From positions 56,482,001-56,546,000 of the forward strand of contig CM060732.1 in assembly GCA_030704615.1 (NCBI GenBank): a DNA stretch of 64,000 bases. The letters run 5' to 3'. Below, one piece after another: positions 51,946 through 61,518 of this stretch; the first letter of the stretch is position 1; each line of letters opens with the position of its first letter. The stretch comes from Takakia lepidozioides. Lineage: Eukaryota > Plantae > Bryophyta. The position numbers and the translations under genes are program-made. The notes under the pieces were generated by a model. The model saw nothing but the letters and a program-made list of their open reading frames with translations. It did not search any database and was not told where the DNA came from.

Positions 51946-52607
51946 GTCAAACAAACAGGAAAACATGAGACACTGCACGCCAAAACAAAGGTGTAAAAGG
52001 AATATTGCGTATGGAGTGCTTCACATCCGCGAAGCACGAATCTCTCACTGGTGGGCGATCCGAGTCTCCGGATAACGAGGTCTGCATTTCATGCATGAGA
52101 CGGAGCTTAAGTCGTGTCGTCGGCGGCTTCCCAAAATCCCGCGTCCTCCTCTTTGCCGGAGTCGCCTGACCTTCCACAAACTCTATGCTACCACTATGCC
52201 GCATAAGGAGAGGAAACGCAGGAGAATGTCACTGCAGAAGGGCAAGGAGCGAGAGAGCGAAGCGGTGGAACATGCAACCACTATGCACGAGCAGATGCGT
52301 AAGCAGCCACGTCTCCCGAAGCGTTGCCACCGTCCACCACTTTCTGCCGTATGGGTGATGAAGAGATTGTGACCCCTGACACGTTCGCACGGATGAAGTC
52401 GACTGGAACACGACGCGTGCCAGTTCCAGCCACCAGTGTATGACGGTTTATCCGAATTGCGGCACCGAAATACCTTCCGTTCACCGGATGCTGTTCCCGG
52501 AGCAGCCGGCATTGAATGAAATATCCGCACATCATGAAACCCAACCGCCATGAAAATCCCCTGCATATGACATTCAACAGTCAGGTCGGTACGTTTCATC
52601 AGCGGAC

Positions 52608-54200
52608 GGATGAATTTCGGCGCCGAAATTCATCCTATTCAAGTGCTTTCATACACAAACTTACAAATTTCGGCGCCGCAATTCATCGCTTCCCAAGTCC
52701 TCATTCGTCATGAGCAAACCTGTCAGTGGGATATCGGAGCCGGAATTAATTCCGGGACAACGGAAACGGTTGCACTTCGGCACATTTCATCCATATTTCG
52801 GCGCCGAAATTCATTACGAATATGTCCGTCCGCGCGTAGACGAGGTGAAATCATCCATATTTCGGCGCCGAAATTCATCCAGAGCGAAGACTAAATCGGC
52901 ACGATGCTATGCTTTGCCGCCATCATTGCCCCTGACGGATGCTGTCCATGCCTGTTGGACTTGCCATTTCTGGACATTTAACTATAATTTCGGCGCCGAA
53001 ATTATACTTTATGTGCGGCAACGTCCCGTGCGAAAAAGACCACTTAATGGATACTGTCGGTTTCAAATGAAAAAAAACGGCTAAAATGCAATTAATTTTG
53101 ACAGAAGTGGTTTAATATGCCGATTTCTCCATTAAATGCAGAATATTCCTGTTATATTCGTCGGAACGGGGTATTTCCAACGATTTACGGAAAATTATCA
53201 TCCAAAAGCAAAAAGTAAGTGCCGGGTTTGGACGAATTTCGGCGCCGAAATTCATCCGTCGCATAGAAAATGTAATATTAGAGTTACTCATTGCGGACAG
53301 TAAGGATGAATTTCGGCGCCGAAATTGATCCATTTCAAAGAAAAATAAATATTGGAGGGAAGGCATTGGATGAATTTCGGCGCCGAAATCCGGCGCTAAA
53401 ACCCTGAAAAGAATTTGGAGGGATGAAGTCGGCTGAATTTCGGCGCCGAAATTCATTGCTCGCGAAGGAAAAAAAAATTTCTGGAGGACTTCGGATGAAT
53501 TTCGGCGCCGAAATTCATTGCTCGCGAAGGAAATAAAAAAATTCGGGAGGACTTCGGATGAATTTCGGCGCCGAAATTCATTGCTCGCGAAGGAAAATAA
53601 AAAATATCTCCTGGACTTGGAATGAATTTCGGCGCCGAAATTCAATGCTCGCGAAGAAAAAAAAAATCGGAGGATTTTGGTTGAATTTCGGCGCCGAAAT
53701 TCATTGCTCTCGAAGAAAAAGGAAATTAAAAGGGAGTACTTGGATGAGATTCGGCGCCAAAGTTCATCTGTCGCAAAGAAAAATAAAAACAGAAAGGACT
53801 TCCGATGAATTCTGGCACCGAAATCCATCCGCAGGGCAGCAGAATTAGGGTCGGAAAAGGAGATGAAGAATGAATTTCGGCGCCGAAATACATCCATTCT
53901 GCCGAATCAGGATTACTGTCATTCGGAAGTCGGCACCGATATCCGGACACGTGGTCAATCACGACTGTAATCAGGAACACATTCATCCGTATTTTGGCAT
54001 CTAAATTCAACCCATATGTGCAGATACAATTTAATGAAGAAGAAGTTCATCCGAATTTCGGCACCGAAATCCATCCGTTGGGTGCTTGGTCAGTTTAATG
54101 AGGTAAACAAATTACGATTTCTGTTGCCAGAATTCATCCCTTGGCTTCCAAAGCTGTTACATGACAGAGATGTTCATCCAGATTTCGGTGCCGAAATTCA
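52608..54200. repeat. Palindrome array (GAATTTCGGCGCCGAAATTC) in the divergent intergenic region
   Basis: Perfect 28-bp palindrome at 52608-52635. Eleven consecutive copies 53241-53879 with a ~63-bp period separated by A-tracts. Confidence 0.95.
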
Positions 54201-54448
54201 TGGGAAGGCCTGATTTATTGTACCCCAAGTGGTTGTACATTACAATTCAGGCACCAAATATCCGATGTGAACTTGCTGTTTTCGTCCGTTTTTTAACGTA
54301 CGTTACACACCTTCATCTTTACGTGCACTGATCACCCATCATGTTGGATACGGAATCCTCCAGAAAATCATTTGTGTTATTAGGTAGGACACACTCTTCT
54401 CATTGCAGGACTTCGCTGCGGAGCGTACCGAGAGGTCCCGTCTTCAAA

Positions 54449-57400
54449 ATGGACTCCCGTGTTTGGGTCAACGTGTACTTCCATCCTGATTCTCTGAAAG
54501 CTAAAATACCCTGCGACCAAGGATTTGCGATTGTCACTGAGCAGTACTTGTGTGTGAAGTTCGGGCTCCGCCCTGGAACGGTGTTTTTGGAAGAGGAGAC
54601 GAAGGATGCTTATGGAAATTTTCTGGAAAGTGCCGTCATTCTGCATGCAGATTTCGGAAAAGGCAAAGAGTGGCGGCTCCCAGCTTCTGAATCCATCCGG
54701 TACAGTGCCATTGGTGAAATCGTGCCTAAAGAGTTCCCACGCTGGAACTTGGTTGATCCTCCTTCCACAAGAGGGTCTGGCGTGCAAGATGTGAAGGATG
54801 TGGGCACCTCTTCACAAGCAGAGAAGCCCAAACATGTGAAAAGGGAAATCCAGGAAAACAGGGAAACAGTCGTCCAGGACTTATCCAGTGACGATGAAGA
54901 CTGTATGGTCCTTCCATCGTATGTTTCGAAGTCGTCCGTCACTAGGAGTGTTCAGCATACACCGTCCGACTCAACTTCCGTCCGCTCAGTAATCGACATA
55001 TTGCGGAGGATGAAGACAACGGGTTCCCGCTCCAGTGACCTTCTTAGGCTTGATTACGACAAAACTCCAATCCATTCTGTGGAAACTTTGCCTGATGTTG
55101 TGGATGGGAATGCTATCTACGAGTTCCCTCCAGTGCCGGCAGGCGCAGGCCCAGACGGCATGCTCGCAGGAATGAACAGGAAACATGACGGCCACCCTTG
55201 GTGTGTCACCAAAACTTCATCGTCCAACCTGGGTGATGGAGTTCGAGTGAGATATGTATTGTGTGCTGGGCATCTTAAATGTTTCTCGAGCACATGTTAC
55301 CATTACACTAGCAAAGGCACCAGGAATGAGACTGACTGGATTGGCAATTCGTCGACCCCATTTTGGCCTCAAGGTAGAGTTCCTGCAGGGACGTTCAAGT
55401 GTGCCCATTGCAACGCAGCCCCTACGTGCATGGCAGTGTGCAACGCCAAGCAGTACTACGTCGGGACCGTCGGCCCAGCGTGCACCAGAGCATGCATTCA
55501 CATCGGAAAGCATGAGCACCCCCTCGCCAGAGGCAATTGCAGAGTCGCTTTTCAACAAGCCCAGGATATTATCAAGGAGGAGGTGAGGTTGAGGCCGGGT
55601 GCAAAACCAAAGCAGATACAGCTCGCATCGGCACATAGGATTGCAATTGGCAGAATAATGTCGGAGGACGGAAGCACAAGAGAGAAGCTGGGCGAGGGGG
55701 ACATGAAGGACCTGCTGGAAGCTGTCTCCCATGTGTGCAGCCCCAATGTCAGGAACCACATTGTCAGCTGCAAGAAACGAATCGGAAGAGGATCAGACAT
55801 GCACTCCATCTTGGAAGTGAAGCGCACATGCGGCTACGACTTCATCCAAGGCAGCTTCTTTCCTGGTCAAGGCTCGGAGACGGACAGGTGCTTCATATTT
55901 AAGATGTCAACGTGCGGACCGGGGAGCGGCGTCGATTTGGTGAAGCGGATGACCAGTGGAGACCTCTCAAATTGTTGGGTCATGTTTGACCACATCCGGC
56001 GAATTACCAACCACGATTGGGTGACAATGGGGGCACATGTATACGACCCACATTGCAGAAAGTTGATGACCATTGCTATCTGCGAAATGAAGGGAGAAGA
56101 CACAGATTCGGAGTTGCATATGTGGCGCGGAATTAATGAGCAAATGGCGAGAGCCAAGTTGCCCCCTCCCGATTTTAGGGGCTTCATGGCTGACAATGCC
56201 CAGGCAAACTGGGCTGCAGTTAGGAGGGTATATGGGGACGACCCAAAGACTCCAATGGAAGGAAAGGAGAGATCTTGCGGGTTCCACTTCATGCAGAGTT
56301 TGACGCAAAACACGAAAAGGTTCGTGGCGTCACGCCACCGGCAGGATCATATCAGTATGTGCCTAGCGTGGAAAAATGCGAATTCCATCGACGAGGCGGA
56401 GACCGAGTTTGCAACCATACGCGCCTGGTGGGTGTCTTCAGGGGCAGTGGATGTGAAAGATCAGCCAGAACTGCAAACGTGGCTTGCGTGGTGGCATTAT
56501 AGATTCCGCCAGTTTGGAGACTACATGAGACAGGTAACACATTTCTGTACTTGACAATTGTTCTGTTTTGTGCTTGGACATTCTCCACAATCAGTGACAT
56601 ATCTAATTTCCTTCAACAGGACATGAGCTTGGAGGATGACACGGATATGCCGACGACGAACATGGCCGAATCGGTGCACTCTTCCTGGCGTGCTTCCTCT
56701 GCAGCACATCTCGTTGACATGTTGACAGCAACAACAGAAGATATTGTGAGGGCCATCATGCAACAATCTCATTACTACCAGTTTCTGGGAGGAAAGCAAT
56801 GGGGTATCGGACCAGACAGGCAGGAGATGCTGATGAGGGCGGCGCATCGTTCGACCGATCCCAAAAAATGGACTGCTGCATTGCGGGAAACTATAAGGTC
56901 AACGCCGTTACACAGTCGGGGGAACTGCCTGGAGGGCGATGTCCGCAGCCGGCCGGTGAAGAGAAGAATTGAGGACATGCCCGGAGGGGATGGGGATTCA
57001 TGGAGATCAGATATGAACATCCGCACTCAACCTCGGGGCGCAACGATGTTGCGTCCCACGCCTCCACGAAGCAGGACTCGTACCCCCTCTCCTGCAGCAT
57101 CCATGGAATCGCTGCCAGACTCGGGACAACATGCCGAGGATGGGCATGTTGCTCCTGTTTTCGTTACCCAATACAACATTCCAATCGTGGAGCGAGATGT
57201 GTCGGCCTCGCAGTGGAGAATTGCACGGACCCGTCCGACATTTCGTGGCAAATGTTGTGCTGTTCGTGTCGACACCAACCAGAGATGCAATGAGATGATT
57301 CGGAGGAGCCCGCAGGGCGGTGTGCCTGCCCCTTGCTTCACAGGGAGATTTGTGTGCGCAAAGTTTGTGGAGGCCACACTGAAGGAGTTTTGGTTCTGCA

Positions 57401-58047
57401 GGCACGACATCATGTCGTGTGTGTTCGGCAAGCCCAAGTATGGTGTACAAGGCATGCCTGAACCACCGGCAGTCTGGCCTGTGGCAAGTGGTACAGATCT
57501 TACCCTGGAGGAGGCAGACGCTCTAGGAAGTGCAGGGTTTCGACTGGTGGAGAGGACAGACGTTCCACGAAATCCAATTCCCAATCGTCATCCTCCTCCC
57601 ACGAGAAGCTCTTCGCCCCGCATACCGGTGGGTGACCCCGCAGCTTGGCCCACCCATCGGTGGGGTAAACTGAAAAGACGGCGGCCACCAACAAAGGCGA
57701 ACGACACCAGGATGGCCAACGCTCTTGCAATGCCCTGCATAGTGCAAGGTTGCAGGGATGTTCCTCACCCCGGGATGGGGCGCATATTTCAGTTGTCAAC
57801 AGCCGGGTCTGCTGCGCGCAGTGTCGTGTATGCAATCACGGTTTCACAGTACCCAGCTTGCAACTGTGAGGACTTCCTTGTTATGGAATCGAAGAATGCA
57901 GCATACGTCCCCTGCAAACACCTTTATTACATTTTTATGAAGCGCATGAGTTGCATATCCGCAGTGGACGTCTTCATCCATGCTCCAACACTGAGTTTCA
58001 ACGAGCTGCACAAGGCCCTACGGCAGGATACTGGTCGGACTGCTTGA
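54449..58047 (+). CDS. Mutator-like transposase, ~1170 aa: GCM/WRKY-like zinc domain, DDE core, C-terminal SWIM finger; intron 56534-56619
   Basis: DGHPW...CAGHLKC....C...CAHC.....C...IHIGKHEHP; D1 VMFDH; D2 FMADN; CGFH; E in TTNMAESVH after a phase-0 GT-AG intron; SWIM CNCEDF...PCKHLY. No stop in the spliced frame. Confidence 0.88.
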
Positions 58048-58503
58048 CATTCCACATTCGGGAAGGAGAAAGTGGCAATTATATTACATTCATCTTCTTG
58101 CACCCTATTTTTTTGTGAGGAATTATACACTTGGTGGTGCCGCATCGCCATGGCTACATGTGAATTTCGTCCACCTTTATGAGAAGACTCCAATTTGCTA
58201 CAAATACATTGTTACTGTTCTGCAAATGTGATGCCTTTACAAGATTGCTAGTTCTGTGTCCCAGTGGGAAGGGTCCTACTGCACATTCCAGCATTTGCAT
58301 ACTGCACCTTGTGCAAACAGCAATCCATACGACAAAGGACACGTCCCAGCATACTGGCAGTGAATTGCAAATAACATTAACAGAAGATTATCGAAGCATG
58401 TATATTCCCCATATGGCACAGGGAAGCTGCTTGATTTCTGAATGAAAATGTATGTGCCATGAGTGTCAGCAAGTTGAAACATGTCTACTCTAGCATGCAA
58501 GAC

Positions 58504-59055
58504 CTATGGTCCCCTCGCCCAAGAAGAAGGAACTCGAACTGGCCTCTCAAGGACCTCCTCAGTGACCAGGTGCCTATATTTGAACAAAATGTCAGTGGTT
58601 TCTGTCACCCGGTTGAAACTAACGAGGATGTCGTGTTTATCGATAGCGCCCCCTTGGTAGAAGGACATTTTCACAGTGGGCCCTGTGTTCCCCTCCTCCT
58701 CATCCTCATAACTGAAGAGAATGTCCCCACTTTCCGAGCCAGTCCGTCCACGCGTAAAGTTTTCACCTATGCACTCATCATACGTCCACTCGCAACAATT
58801 CCAGCGATACAGCAACGCTGTGCGTGATCTGTTCGGCTCCCACACATGCGGAAAGTCCAGGTCCATGATGCGTAGGAACCACCTGCTCCCCAGCCGGGGT
58901 CCAGGAGAATCGTGCAATCCTGGAAGAAACTCCATTGCTCTCAGCTGGACAAGTCGAGGATCGTCCCTGTAAACATCCAGGAAGACAATGATGTCGTCTG
59001 CTTTCGGGAAAATGACTCCCGTCTGGCGTCGATAGATGTGATTCGGGCACGACAT
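58504..59055 (-). CDS. MULE cargo orphan protein (~183 aa), intact
   Basis: Open frame with motifs conserved in two diverged paralogs in MULE-B (DIIV, AMEF, W.LRI.D.DFP, WNCC.WT, GDI, GG.I..HDI.V, V.VP..W). Confidence 0.72.
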   Translation of the reverse strand: MSCPNHIYRRQTGVIFPKADDIIVFLDVYRDDPRLVQLRAMEFLPGLHDSPGPRLGSRWFLRIMDLDFPHVWEPNRSRTALLYRWNCCEWTYDECIGENFTRGRTGSESGDILFSYEDEEEGNTGPTVKMSFYQGGAIDKHDILVSFNRVTETTDILFKYRHLVTEEVLERPVRVPSSWARGP

Positions 59056-59174
59056 GGCCTCACGACACAGCACGAACTCAAAGCAGGGAGGAGATGGGCA
59101 CAACAGAGAAGAGTGAAGAGCAAAATGAGAGCAAGGCCTCCCTCACCGTAAGGCGGGTATTTGCTCTCCGACGC

Positions 59175-59570
59175 CCAATTTCGGCGCCGTTATTACATGG
59201 AGTGCGGAAGCTTCAGCCGAGAATTTTGTTTCCGCAGGTCAATTTCGGCGCCGTTATTGGTTGCAATCCCCAGCCTTCAGCCGGGTATTTGGTTTCCGGA
59301 CCCAATTTCGGCGCCGTTATCGGCTGCACTCCGGTGGCTTCAGCCGAGTATTTGGTTTCCGGGGCCCATTTCGGCGCCGTTATCGCCTGCACTCCGGAGG
59401 ATGTAGCCGGGTATTTGGTTGGCAGAGCCCAATTACTTTCACCGTTGTTGGCTTCACTCCCGAGCCTTCAGCCCGCTATTTCTTTTCCTGTGCCCAATTA
59501 CGGCGTCGTTATACCCAACCATCCTGCACTTCTGCAATAGTACTATCCACGGTTATAGGTCGCCATTACG
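59175..59570. repeat. Subterminal ~63-bp tandem repeat containing AATTTCGGCGCCGTTAT
   Basis: GGCGCC at 59183, 59247, 59310 and 59373, then degenerate. A similar ~65-bp series lies at 46510-46773. Confidence 0.85.
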
Positions 59571-60706
59571 TTTTCGGAGTCTGCAAACCCGGATCCTAAT
59601 TCCGCTTGCGTCTCTGCCTCTGGGATAATTTCGGTGCCGTTATTGCCCAGAATTCAGTTATTCTATGACCTGGCCTGGCGGTCCATGAGCCTGGGCTCCA
59701 AGTCATGAGCGTACATTGGTACTCATGAGCGGAGTGCTTCCAGCATGAGCGCGGAAATCTTCGATTTTTGATTATTTTATAGTTTTTGGCCCGAAAAAAA
59801 TCTGCCGAAATTCGAAGTGTGTTACTTTGCGGCTCATGGGTTAGCCATGCCCGCTCATGAGCTCATGGAATAGCAACCCCCACAACACTCTCCATACTCA
59901 AAACGAAACCACAAAACTGAGGGGAAGTTAAACCCCTTGATCTGCCCGAAGTGCAAACAGTCCCAACCCCCCGCCCCGCCCCGCCCCTAGCTGCAAACAT
60001 CATCCCAAACATCCATACCAATCTAAGCAAGCTGCAATGACCCCCCTTCCCCAAACACATTCACCCCCAAATGAAACACCGACAACACACATGACACCAA
60101 AATTATTAGCCCCAAACATAGACCATGCTACCTTCAACTCCCAACACCCTACCATGGCACACATGCACACACGCACTCCATATCCGTGAACAACACACCT
60201 GCCAACCCACCCGAATAGCCCATTGAACACTCAACACACATTAAGAACACCAACAAAAAAAACCCGGATAAACACTTGCATACAACAGTCACCTCGTTCC
60301 ATGGCGGTGTGCCTTATTCCAGTAAGTACCAAGGCACATGTGGCTACCGTTATGAGTATAAATATTCACCTTTCTTTCCTCCCAGCCTTCAAACTCTACT
60401 CACTTAATGGGTAGCAATGCTATCACATAAACCAATGTTGGTAACCAACGTGCTCTTCCTCTACAGGCCACCTGATAAATCTTTATCACTCCTTTCTCCA
60501 GACCCCACTCAGGGTCAGCATCATGCACTCTCTTAAGAATGTTTTCTTTACAACCGTCTGGCAATTCCAAAAACCTCTGGAAGAATCGTTTGGACAATCT
60601 TTCCTTCTCAGTTTCACAAGGAATTTGATTCACATCAAATTCTTTAATTCTCCAACCACCATGATCCCACCAGATGCCTGTCACATCTGGTTGTTCATGA
60701 CCCAGT

Positions 60707-60724
60707 TCCCCAGTATGGTCGCCA
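60707..60724 (-). promoter_or_regulatory. Primer-binding site, probably tRNA-Arg
   Basis: TGGCGACCATACTGGGGA, 2 nt after the LTR end; resembles plant tRNA-Arg PBSs of non-chromovirus Ty3 lineages. Confidence 0.78.
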
Positions 60725-60726
60725 AA

Positions 60727-61518
60727 TGTCGCGCGGCTTTTACTCACCCATCCCTTCGCTATCCGAGGCGGAAACTCCAAGATAGAAGAGTTGGAAATCT
60801 CTAAGCACTCAGCCCGCTCAGAACAATCAGTCATGACCTACAGCTAGTGTATCATGGGGGTGTTTCCTATTTGTTTTCCTTCCCGCATTCATGTTAGCTA
60901 GTTACCTTACTGTTGGTAATTAAGTATCAGTTTGCTTCAGCAATCTATCGGATTCCATCAACTCATCCATTCATTCCACAGCTTCACTCAGATCTCTCTA
61001 CATAGTGTGAGTATGAAGTGTGTATCAGATTAATATCTATCAAGTATCAGGCTGAAGCCATGGAGTCTCTAATCTGCTCTACATTACAATTCTACTGCTT
61101 GCATTCATTAAGCATCAACAAATCATCCTCCTCCTACTCCGTGCTCTCCCTCTTTCTGCTCAGAGATACGCTCTCTGCCTTATTTCCCCCAGTGATGTCC
61201 GAAGTCCCCCCAAGAAGTGCTCCCCCACTCCTTCCAGCAGTGATTCCCCAAGAAGTGATCTTTTTCCAGTCCTCGCTCCTCGCTTTATCTTCCTACTCGT
61301 TGTTCTAACCGTTTCCTTCACTAACCGTCACCCGTGAACTAACATGTTCCATTCGCAGATGTTGTTCCCCACAGTCGTTCCCTGTCCTGCTATCTGTTCC
61401 CTATGGTTGTGACAGCTGTGTCAAGCTGTGACTGGCTGTGCGACTGTGTTGGACTGTGTCAGCTGTGTCGAGCTGTGACTGGCTGTGTCGGCTGTGTCGG
61501 TTGTGTCGGACTGTCACA
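60727..61518 (-). repeat. 5' LTR of copy 3 (shorter at its 5' end than the 3' LTRs)
   Basis: Close match to 20470-~21290; followed by the PBS; abuts family-2 integrase at 61519. Confidence 0.85.

Larger units (their letters stand above)
46341..59881. mobile_element. MULE-C: full-length Mutator-like element, 13541 bp
   Basis: 9-bp TSD ACAACACTC (46332-46340, 59882-59890). Imperfect TIRs GAGGTTCTAAATTTCATGAGC / GGGGGTTGCTATTCCATGAGC with CATGAGC repeats. Encodes a DDE transposase. Confidence 0.95.
40959..61518 (-). mobile_element. Ty3/Gypsy family 1, copy 3 (5' LTR, PBS, leader with MULE-C, indel-rich gag-pol to the gap)
   Basis: LTR 61518-60727 followed by a PBS. The leader is continuous across the MULE-C TSD. 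Gag starts near 46189; pol runs 43497-40959 with many 1-bp indels. Confidence 0.85.

Noticed and set aside
53230-53900. CRISPR-like array (palindromic repeat with ~40-bp spacers)
   Set aside because: The spacers resemble each other (tandem amplification), there are no cas genes, and the context is a eukaryotic transposon.
20470-61518. One giant element bounded by the LTRs at 20470 and 61518
   Set aside because: No matching TSD, gag-pol occurs twice and a gap intervenes. Two copies or a haplotype join is more likely.
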